Of a stretch of 21,376 nt of DNA, positions 13,188 to 21,376 are shown one piece after another (the stretch's first letter is position 1; the number at the start of each line of letters is the position of its first letter). A model generated the notes under the pieces. The model had not been told where the DNA came from. It saw nothing but the letters and a program-made list of their open reading frames with translations, and did not search any database. The translations under genes were made by a program, and so were the position numbers. Source of the DNA: Ginkgo biloba (Eukaryota; Plantae; Ginkgophyta); NCBI GenBank assembly GCA_024626585.2, contig JANKJI020000004.1:97990748-98012123 (forward strand), written 5' to 3'.

Positions 13188-14865
13188 GCACAAATCGAGT
13201 TTATAGTGCATCTTTTCTTTTGCGTCTGGTGTGAGGGTTTTAGAGCTCCGAGATTGGGAGCTTCAGCTGCTGTGAATTACATTGGCCTTGTTCGATTTGT
13301 TTATCTCTAGAATTGATGTTCAAATAGGTCAAAAAATAGCCTTGGAGGAAAAACAAATCCTTAGTAACACACAATCGGTTGATGGTGGAGTTCGGAAGCT
13401 TGCTGAGGAGAATCTGAAACAGTTTCAGGATCAGAATTTGCCGGCTTTTCTTATATCCCTTTCTGGCGAGCTTGCAAATAATGAGAAGCCCATCGAGAGC
13501 CGTAAACTGGCTGGTTTGATTTTGAAGAATACTCTAGATGCTAAGGAACCACACAGAAAGGCTGAGTTAGTACAGAGGTGGATCTCCTTAGACAGCATCG
13601 TAAAGAACCAAATTAAAGGATGCTTACTGCAAACCCTGTCCTCGCCTAATTCGGATGCACGCTCTACTTCCGCACAAGTTATAGCAAAGATTGCTGGTGT
13701 TGAGTTGCCGCAAGGTGAGTGGCCGGAACTCATTACAACATTATTGCTAAACATGGGTGGCCCGCAAATGGAACCACCTGTTCACCTTAAGCAGGCCACC
13801 CTAGAAACTCTTGGATATCTCTGCGAGGAAGTTTCATCAGAAGTTCTTGCTCAGGATCAGGTGAATTCCATTCTCACTGCCGTTGTGCAGGGTATGAATT
13901 CATCTGAGCGTAACAATGATGTCAGGCTTGCTGCCACTCGAGCTTTGTATAACGCTTTGAATTTTGCTCAGACAAATTTTGACAACGATATGGAGAGGGA
14001 TTATATCATGAGAGTAGTCTGTGAAGCAACTTTGTCTCCTGAACTGAGGATTCGGCAAGCTGCCTTTGAATGCTTAGTGTCTATATCTTCAACATACTAT
14101 GAGAAGCTCGCCTCCTACATGCAGGACATATTTTCTATCACAGCGAAGGCTGTGAAAACAGATGAGGAGCCTGTTGCCCTTCAAGCTATTGAGTTTTGGA
14201 GCTCTATTTGTGATGAGGAAATTGATATACAAGAGGAATATGGAGGGGATTTCAGTGGGGATTCAGATGTTCCGTGCTATTATTTTATTAAACAGGCACT
14301 CCCTGCTCTTGTCCCGATGCTGTTGGAGACCTTGCTGAAACAAGAAGAGGATCAGGATCAGGATGAAGGGGCTTGGAATCTGTCTATGGCTGGAGGAACA
14401 TGCTTAGGCCTTGTTGCCAGAACTGTTGGAGATGATGTTGTCCCTCTTGTAATGCCTTTTGTTGAAGAAAACATATCAAAGCCTGATTGGAGATGTCGAG
14501 AGGCAGCCACTTATGCCTTTGGATCAATTTTGGAGGGTCCTTCACCAGATAAACTTACTCCTCTTGTGAATGTAGCTCTCAGCTTTATGCTCAGTGCTAT
14601 GAAGGATGAGAATAATCATGTTAAAGACACAACTGCATGGACCCTCGGGAGAATATTTGAGTTTCTCAATGGTCCAACAATGGAGACTCCCATAATCACA
14701 CAGTCAAATTTCCCACACATTCTATCAGTGCTAATTGAGAGCATGAAGGATGTGCCAAATGTTGCCGAGAAAGTCTGTGGTGCTCTGTATTTCCTGGCGC
14801 AGGGGTATGAGGATGCAGGGGCAAGCTCCTCCCCACTCTCTCCATTTTTTCAGAACATTGTTCAC
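13188..14865 (+). pseudogene. KPNB1: Processed (spliced-mRNA-derived) partial copy of importin beta-1: exon 1 copy plus ~aa 1-510
   Basis: 13188-13327 aligns to exon 1 (17 substitutions plus 1 indel) and continues directly into GTCAAAAA-ATA-GCC-TTG-GAG, with no intron. ATA (13336-13338) sits where the ATG of MALEVTQ is expected. Homology stops at ..FFQNIVH. Confidence 0.75.
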
Positions 14866-14877
14866 TGTGAACAATAA
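13336..14877 (+). CDS. KPNB1: Importin subunit beta-1 N-terminal ORF (IBN_N plus HEAT repeats); start codon lost, 3'-truncated
   Basis: Uninterrupted frame with diagnostic motifs RKLAGLILKN, WPELI, KQATLETLGYLCEE, VALQAIEFWSSICDEE, the acidic loop EEDQDQDEGAWN, and DWRCREAATYAFGSILEGP. It stops at TAA 14875-14877 in non-homologous sequence. The ORF-track start at 13282 is TTG, not ATG. Confidence 0.85.
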   Translation: MALEEKQILSNTQSVDGGVRKLAEENLKQFQDQNLPAFLISLSGELANNEKPIESRKLAGLILKNTLDAKEPHRKAELVQRWISLDSIVKNQIKGCLLQTLSSPNSDARSTSAQVIAKIAGVELPQGEWPELITTLLLNMGGPQMEPPVHLKQATLETLGYLCEEVSSEVLAQDQVNSILTAVVQGMNSSERNNDVRLAATRALYNALNFAQTNFDNDMERDYIMRVVCEATLSPELRIRQAAFECLVSISSTYYEKLASYMQDIFSITAKAVKTDEEPVALQAIEFWSSICDEEIDIQEEYGGDFSGDSDVPCYYFIKQALPALVPMLLETLLKQEEDQDQDEGAWNLSMAGGTCLGLVARTVGDDVVPLVMPFVEENISKPDWRCREAATYAFGSILEGPSPDKLTPLVNVALSFMLSAMKDENNHVKDTTAWTLGRIFEFLNGPTMETPIITQSNFPHILSVLIESMKDVPNVAEKVCGALYFLAQGYEDAGASSSPLSPFFQNIVHCEQ

Positions 14878-15396
14878 AATCGTTTAATGTCAGTGGAATG
14901 AAATTCGATCGAGTCAATCAAATTGATCGAAGGGCAGATCGAGGTTGCTCGACTCTCATCTCCACGACCTCAATGCAAATGTGGGATTTTTTTCTAAATC
15001 GGTCTACAAACAATCTAGTTACAGTCACCTCAAAAAAACTCCTACATACGACGCACACCTCCCACGTGTCCTTCTTTGTTCAGCGAATCTCCAGCATACG
15101 TCTGCCTCTCCTACTTGACGTTTTTGTGTTTTTTTTTCTCTCTTTCACAGCATGTGGCTCCATGCACTTCCTCTCCTACACATGTCCTCTCAATGTCAAT
15201 CGGATCGTGTGCGCACTATAGCACGTGCAATCTAATCTCCATGGGTCTACTACGACGACTCGTCACGGTCGATTTGTTTTCCACTCTACGGTAGTTTATC
15301 TCAGAACCCAGGCCTCTTCTCAGATCTGGATCAATCTTCAACCTGCACACTCCTCTTCGAGATTAAACCCTATTCACAAGCACAAAACAGAAGACG

Positions 15397-15408
15397 ACTT
15401 TAATACAA
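15397..15408 (-). other. Degenerate tRNA-iMet primer-binding site
   Basis: The + strand reads ACTTTAATACAA versus GCTCTGATACCA (reverse complement of TGGTATCAGAGC): 8/12 match, and 3 of the 4 mismatches are G>A or C>T. It is followed by AA-TGTAAG. Confidence 0.5.
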
Positions 15409-15410
15409 AA

Positions 15411-15755
15411 TGTAAGCAATAAATGGGCCAAGAAAGAAGAATGCAATCACACAAGCAAAGAATAACACAGAGATTTAGGTGGTAGAATTAGTCTACCAAC
15501 AAATAAACAATTGAATTACTCAATACTTTGATACATAATGTGTACTATTGAACACGCGTATATACAAGCTTGCGCTTGTGCATGCTAGACACATGTCATC
15601 CCTACAGCGACTCCCTCATGGACCCTTATTCGTAACTAGGACTCACGACATTATGTCTTAACCCTATAAATGAATATAATGATGTACATTAAGTACAATG
15701 AAGTATACANNNNNNNNNNNNNNNNNNNNNNNNNNNNNNNNNNNNNNNNNNNNNN
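15411..15755 (-). repeat. Putative LTR (~345 nt; far end lies in the 15710-15755 gap)
   Basis: Starts TGT next to the PBS and has an A/C-rich + strand typical of a reversed U5. The PPT-like tract follows immediately after the gap. No partner LTR was seen in the window. Confidence 0.45.
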
Positions 15756-15837
15756 ACCCCTTCCTTAATTCCTCACCTTGTTTAAATAGAAAAGAGAGGT
15801 GACCTTGGTCTCCATGAGCTTTGGCTCTTCACATATT

Positions 15838-15962
15838 GTGACCTTTCACCTTTCGGTGACTCTTCAACTTCTAGTTACCCTTCACCTTCCAGTGCTTGTT
15901 CAACTTCTCATGACCATCCAAAGTTTGACAACCTTTCAACTATCAATGACCATTCACCTCTA
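15838..15962. repeat. Degenerate 18-bp tandem repeat, at least 7 units
   Basis: gtgacctttcacctttcg / gtgactcttcaacttcta / gttacccttcaccttcca / gtgcttgttcaacttctc / atgaccatccaaagtttg / acaacctttcaactatca / atgaccattcacctcta, then the gap. Confidence 0.8.
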
Positions 15963-16062
15963 NNNNNNNNNNNNNNNNNNNNNNNNNNNNNNNNNNNNNN
16001 NNNNNNNNNNNNNNNNNNNNNNNNNNNNNNNNNNNNNNNNNNNNNNNNNNNNNNNNNNNNNN
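15963..16062. other. Exactly 100-N (likely unsized) assembly gap between the retrocopy/LTR block and the second paralog
   Basis: N count is 100. Confidence 0.9.
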
Positions 16063-16097
16063 ATTTTTGGAGATGGGGCTATTGGGTCTAATTTTTG

Positions 16098-17548
16098 CCA
16101 ATGCTTCTTGAAACTTTATTGAAGCAGGAAGAGGATCAGGATCTGGATGAAGGTGCTTGGAATCTGGCAATGGCAGGGGGGACATGCTTAGGTCTTGTTG
16201 CTAGGACTGTGGGAGATGATGTTGTCCCTCTTGTGATGCCATTTGTACAAGAAAACATATCAAAGCAGGATTGGCGGTGCCGGGAGGCAGCTACTTATGC
16301 ATTTGGTTCAATTTTGGAGGGGCCATCACCTGAGAAGGTTAGTCCTCTTGTCAGCATTGCTCTCAGTTTCATGCTCAATGCTATGAAGGATGAGAATAGT
16401 CATGTCAAGGACACAACTGCTTGGACGCTTCGCAGGATTTTTGAGTTCCTCCATGGACCTACAATGGAGACTCCTATAATCACACAGGCGAATCTCCCAC
16501 TCATTCTCTCTGTTTTACTTGAAAGCACAAAAGATGTTCCGAACGTGGCTGAAAAAGTCTGCGGTGCCTTGTTATATCTTGCCCAAGGTTATGAAGACAT
16601 GGCAGGAAGCTCTTCTCCGCTCTCGCCCTTTCTTCAGAACATTATAGAGGCTCTTATTGTTGCTGCACGTCGAGTTGATGCTGGGGAATCTAGGCTTAGG
16701 GCCGCTGCATATGAGACACTGAATGAAGTTGTGAGATGCTCAACAGAAGAGACAGCTCCCGTAGTGATACAGCTTGTTCCAGTCATGTTGACAACCCTCA
16801 ATGAAACTCTGGAGATAGTGAAACTATCTTCAGAAGACAAAGAGAAACAAAATGAGCTGCAAGCACTTCTCTGTGGCTGCTTGCAGGTGATCATCCAGAA
16901 ACTGGGGACTTCTGAGTCTACAAAGTATGGGATAGTACAGTATGCTGATCAAATGATGAACATTTTCTTGAGAATATTTTCTTGTAGGAGTGCCACTGTC
17001 CATGAGGAAGCGATGCTAGCCATTGGAGCACTTGCATATGCAACTGGTGTGGAGTTTGGGAAGTATATGCAAGAATTTTATCGCTATTTAGAGATGGGTC
17101 TTCAGAATTTTGAAGAATATCAGGTCTGTGCTATCACTGTCGGTGTGGTTGGTGATATATGTAGGGCATTGGAGGACAAGGTGCTGCCTTTCTGTGATGG
17201 CATTATGACACAACTTCTTAAGGACCTGTCAAGTAATCAGCTACATCGTTCAGTAAAGCCCCCAATATTTTCTTGCTTTGGAGATATTGCATTGGCTATT
17301 GGAGAGCATTTTGAGAAATATTTGATCTATGCAATGCCTATGCTTCAAAGTGCAGCAGAGCTATCAGTGCAGTCTGCAGGCCCTGACGATGAAATGATTG
17401 AATACACTAATCAATTGCGCATTGGAATTCTAGAAGCTTACTCAGGGATTTTCCAAGGTTTCAAAAGTTCTCCTAAGGCTGAGTTGCTGATGCCTTATGC
17501 AGGTCACATTTTGCAATTCCTTGAGAGTATTTATCAAGGAAAGGACAT
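16098..17548 (+). CDS. KPNB1: Importin subunit beta-1 paralog, large coding exon, 5'-truncated (~aa 327-810)
   Basis: Open frame PMLLETLLKQEEDQD...VHEEAMLAIGALAYATG...LHRSVKPPIFSCFGDIALAIG...GKD(M), ending at donor AT|GTAAGA. An in-frame TAA lies at 16089-16091 and no importin homology is seen upstream of about 16096. Confidence 0.88.
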
Positions 17549-17745
17549 GTAAGAATCTTCCCTTTTTCATTTGGATGATTTTCTATTTAGCTTTTTCTTG
17601 ACATTAGTCTTCATTCGTGCCTTGTCTTTAGTGATTAAACTGTTAGATCTCTGTCTTTTGAATCCTATTTCAGACAAGGCATTCAGGGGTTATTATATGC
17701 ACCTGGGCTAGGTTCTCATTCACTTTGCCATGTGTGTTAATGCAG
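17549..17745 (+). other. 197-nt phase-2 GT-AG intron
   Basis: GTAAGA...TTAATGCAG, U-rich. Splicing restores GKD-M-DDQVTKAAIGVLGDLADTLG in frame. Confidence 0.92.
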
Positions 17746-17944
17746 GGATGACCAGGTGACGAAGGCTGCAATTGGTGTTCTGGGTGACTTGGCTGATACA
17801 TTAGGTTCAAGTGCTGCACCCTTGCTCCGGCAGTCTGTCTTTTACAAAGATTTTGTAGATGAATGTTTGTCATCTGACGATCAACATATCAAGGAGATTG
17901 CTGAGTGGGTCCAGATGACTGTCAGTCGAGTTGTTTCAGGTTGA
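17746..17944 (+). CDS. KPNB1: Importin subunit beta-1 terminal coding exon
   Basis: DDQVTKAAIGVLGDLADTLGSSAAPLL...IKEIAEWVQMTVSRVVSG* is the conserved C-terminus. The implied total length is ~875 aa, as expected for importin beta-1. Confidence 0.92.
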
Positions 17945-18175
17945 TTGTATCTGGGAAGTCTGGAAATGCATACAGTCATTTGGGTGCGTTGAGTTAAGGT
18001 GTCTGGGATTGCATACTTGTTGTCGTGTCAAATGATGATTCTGCATGAAGATTGCCAACATGGTTACAGGTCCTCAGGTATTTCAGAGCATCACCTTGAG
18101 AGTCAGGTTTTTGGCCAAGAGGATCTGGAAATCTAATCCCCGCCTCTGCTAACTTTTCATTTCCCCTCCCTTGGC

Positions 18176-18181
18176 AATAAA
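18176..18181 (+). terminator. Candidate polyadenylation signal AATAAA
   Basis: Canonical hexamer ~230 nt after the stop; another lies at 19131. Plant signals are loose. Confidence 0.3.
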
Positions 18182-21100
18182 ACACAGAATTGTTGCATTG
18201 CTTCAAGTCCTGCTTGTCAGCAGGCCTCAAAGGGAGCTCAAGCTGCATTCATGAATATGAAAGCAGTCCTTTATACTGTTGTCCTGTCAACAGTTAACAC
18301 ACATCCACCTTTCCTGCTCTTTGCGCTATTCACAGAAGCACCCAAGGCGTGCTTCAAATAAGAAGCAGTGATATCAACATTGCATCTTAAGAAAGGGAAA
18401 ATTCGCACTGCTTCTGCTTCTTTTGTAAGCCAACCATGCCATTTCTTGTGGTCTGCCAGAAACCATATGGCGAAGACTAATTAACACACATGTTTCTATT
18501 GCATCTACAAGGAAGCAGCAGTTGCTTTCCGAGGATCAATTCAAATGCAATGGCCATGGTCATCCACTATGTAGATCTGCCCTTGATTGTTTCTTTCCTC
18601 AATCTTTTTGCATCCTTCCTCCTTTTTCTAGTGGGATGGGCCAAGCGCTCACTATCCATTGCATTCTGTTTGCAATTCTAATCAAGCTTGCATGTGCAGN
18701 NNNNNNNNNNNNNNNNNNNNNNNNNNNNNNNNNNNNNNNNNNNNNNNNNNNNNNNNNNNNNCTCTTAATGGCAATCTAGGCCAAAGGGTGAGATTGGTCC
18801 ATCTTCTATCTGCCCACTTGTTTATGGCAATTTAGGCCGAAGGGCCATATACTGTTGTCGATGGATGGTTCTACTACTTTTTGATTGAAAGGTTTAGTGC
18901 ATCTGTGGATATCCAAGTCGTGCATCTTTATTATGGTACTCTTTGCATGGAATGATGATTCGAACCATGTCAGCAATCCTCCTGACTAGTTGGTCTCTGA
19001 TTGGTGCGAATGTAGTACAAAGGGTGTTGTTTTGCTATTCATTGACCTTCAGATGATCAAATTTAAGGGTTGATGAAGCAGCAGTCTTCATGTCTTCTGC
19101 TTCCTCATCTTGGAGGTCCATTTTGTACTGAATAAAGAAGTTTTGATTCGTATAGTGCGATTTGCACCCTGCTTCAAGCCAGGATGAGCTATTTGTATTA
19201 CTGTGTTGGTGGAAATTTGAGAAAGATTATGCTTTTGCTGTACAAACAGTCTCTTTGCAGTTAGTTTTAAATTGGTTTCCTGGTGTCATTGCTGTTAAGT
19301 GAATCTTAGGCCTGCTAGGTTCTCAAATGCATGCCTTCATTATTTGAAAGGGGCTTCTGGTAGAAATATCCTATTTTACATTGCATGAACTTATTCTACA
19401 CTTACCCTGCCAAAGTCAAGATAAAAAGGCACAAGGAAAAGATAAAGTACGAAAAAGAACCATGATGGTGGAGTTTGCCAGTGGGTTATACTATTCTGCA
19501 GTCATTCTTGTTTAGTTTCGTCTGAATGTGAAAGGAATTTCATTTTTATTGGAAAAAAGAGAGGAATTGTTGGAGTGTATACATCCCCAAGAATTTGAAT
19601 CTTCCATCATCTCCCAATGGATGGTAGAAGTTTGAAATGCGACTGCTCCTCCCGACAGATTCCTCCTTTCAAACTGAATTCAACATCACAATTCAATAGC
19701 AAAGAGAAAATTCAACGAACCTGCAAAAGTCCTCCATCTTGCTAGTTGTTGGTACAAGTATGTGAAGGGACAAGACTGAAAATTTAGAGCAAGAAAGAAA
19801 TAACTTTGGGAAAGCAAGCTTAGGATGGGATGTACCAATCATTATGCATAATACAATTATTCTTTCAATGGTAGACTAATTTTACCCTCCATATTTTCTG
19901 AGTTTTCATGTGCATGTCTTTAAGTTCTCTCCATTATTCTTTGTGTTCTCAATTTTCACAAAGTGATATGAATGATGATAATCATCTATCTAGTATTCTT
20001 TCAGTGAGAAAAGCCACCTGCTACGCAACTCCACAAAAGCCTACTCAAAACATCTAGTTGTTCTCCCAACGTGTCTACATGTTTTCCTGTGTAACTAATC
20101 AGGAATGTAGCTTAGAGTTCTGAACAAGCAACCTGGAAATTTTGTTATACAACCCTGCACCAAATGATAGCACGAGGAAAGATCCCTCTGAAGAGGGTTT
20201 NNNNNNNNNNNNNNNNNNNNNNNNNNNNNNNNNNNNNNNNNNNNNNNNNNNNNNNNNNNNNNNNNNNNNNNNNNNNNNNNNNNNNNNNNNNNNNNNNNNN
20301 CCAGCCACTCTGTTGCTTCTGGGTTCAAGCTGTGTTAAGAGTCCTTGATTTATTTTATGTTCTATTGTATGCGTATCATTCTGTCTGATGCTGCTCCTTT
20401 AAGGTTACTGGCTTGCCAGAGGCCTGTTCTGAAAGCATTAGTTGCACCAGAGGAAGAAAAGTGTTCATAATAAACATATTGGACTTTGCACTATTTTAAA
20501 AATCTCCATGGGCATCCTTGTGTATGCTTTCCACATGTTGCCAACATCACCTGTTTGGTCGGTTTTGAGGTATGGATAGTTCGTCCTGTCTGTCAGTGAG
20601 AATATATCCTTTCCAGGGAATAGGGAATAGATGTATAATCACACCCTGAGAGTAGAAATGTACTGTTCCAAATTGAATGAAAATCTTTTCCATTTTGAAA
20701 GTCAACTTAGTGAATATGAAATGACTAAAGCATGTAAGGGAACGAGGGATAACTTAGTTCATATATTGGCCCATTGAAGTTCATAGCACTAGAAGAATAA
20801 ATTTATAAATAATTAAAAAGATACCATTCAAATTAAAATAAAAGGATATTTCAAAACATACTTGTAGATATGGAATTTACACTCTACGCACTGAGCATCA
20901 AGAGATGACAAGTATCTCTCTATTATTTTTGATGTACAAGTACTCAAGTATTCAACTCCTCAAAATGTAGGTAATATCTTTGTTTGAAAATTGAAGTTGT
21001 CTTCCTTCTATGCAAAGTGCTCCTTGTCTAACTTGTCACATGCAAAGCTAGGAACAATTCTGTCCTTCAACACACTACCTGAATCAACAAAGCAAGCTAT

Positions 21101-21376
21101 GCTGCGCATCATTTGACAATAACTACATTTTTTAATTTGAAGGGAAATTACATTTGGAGCCCCTCTACGGTGGGAAAAATGGCTGTTAAAGATATTCTGA
21201 AGTTTTCAAATTCGATTCTTTTGTACACACCTTTTACAGTCAAAAGATGTTTAGTAAGAAAACCATTACCCTTGGCTTGATCCAAGTGCAACAAATATAT
21301 GCTTTGTTGGCCTTCATTTTATACTAACAACCACAAAAGTAGAAAAAATTGATAACATGGTTAAAATTGCGTTTAC

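Larger units (their letters stand above)
14866..15780 (-). mobile_element. LTR-retroelement segment (copia- or TRIM-like): 5' leader, PBS, LTR, PPT-like tract
   Basis: A decayed tRNA-iMet PBS is followed by a 2-nt spacer and a TG terminus at 15411. A CpG-rich leader spans 14866-15396. A purine tract lies on the - strand at 15756-15775. Confidence 0.55.

Noticed and set aside
13282-13335. Apparent 18-aa N-terminal extension MALFDLFISRIDVQIGQK
   Set aside because: It starts at TTG and is simply the translated copy of the non-coding exon 1/5'UTR.
15838-15962. CRISPR-like array or other prokaryotic system
   Set aside because: The units are contiguous and degenerate with no spacers, there are no cas genes, and the window is spliceosomal plant DNA.
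13431-16894. Antisense ORFs at 13431-13754, 14696-14917 and 16634-16894
   Set aside because: Shadow frames of the importin coding sequence with no independent evidence.
13336-17944. A single intact importin gene with 14866-16097 as an intron
   Set aside because: No donor/acceptor pair at the homology boundaries, 183 codons are present twice, and the start codon is ATA.
19560-20660. Possible terminal exons of a convergent minus-strand gene (e.g. GLYNKISRLLVQNSKLHS* after a TGCAG)
   Set aside because: Short, no recognisable homology, and no consistent exon chain could be built.

Overview
Eukaryotic land-plant genomic DNA from a gappy, AT-rich draft scaffold; it is not prokaryotic. Several gaps are exactly 100 N, which usually means the gap is unsized. 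Positions 1-11.5 kb are decayed repeat and intergenic sequence: a LINE RT relic, two diverged copies of an unidentified degenerate coding-like repeat, and a (TC)n tract. Positions 11.6-18 kb form a composite importin beta-1 (KPNB1) locus on the + strand with four parts. (i) A promoter and non-coding exon 1 with a strong donor. (ii) A second, C>T/G>A-decayed copy of exon 1 fused without the intron to the coding exon, i.e. a spliced-mRNA-derived copy, with ATG>ATA and about aa 1-510. (iii) An opposite-strand LTR-retroelement segment (leader, PBS, LTR, PPT-like tract) abutting the point where that copy stops. (iv) A 5'-truncated, anciently diverged paralog (about aa 327-875) that keeps its terminal intron. 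No complete importin gene is present. Both key joins are 100-N gaps, so the arrangement could be partly a scaffolding artefact. All alignments and counts were done by eye.
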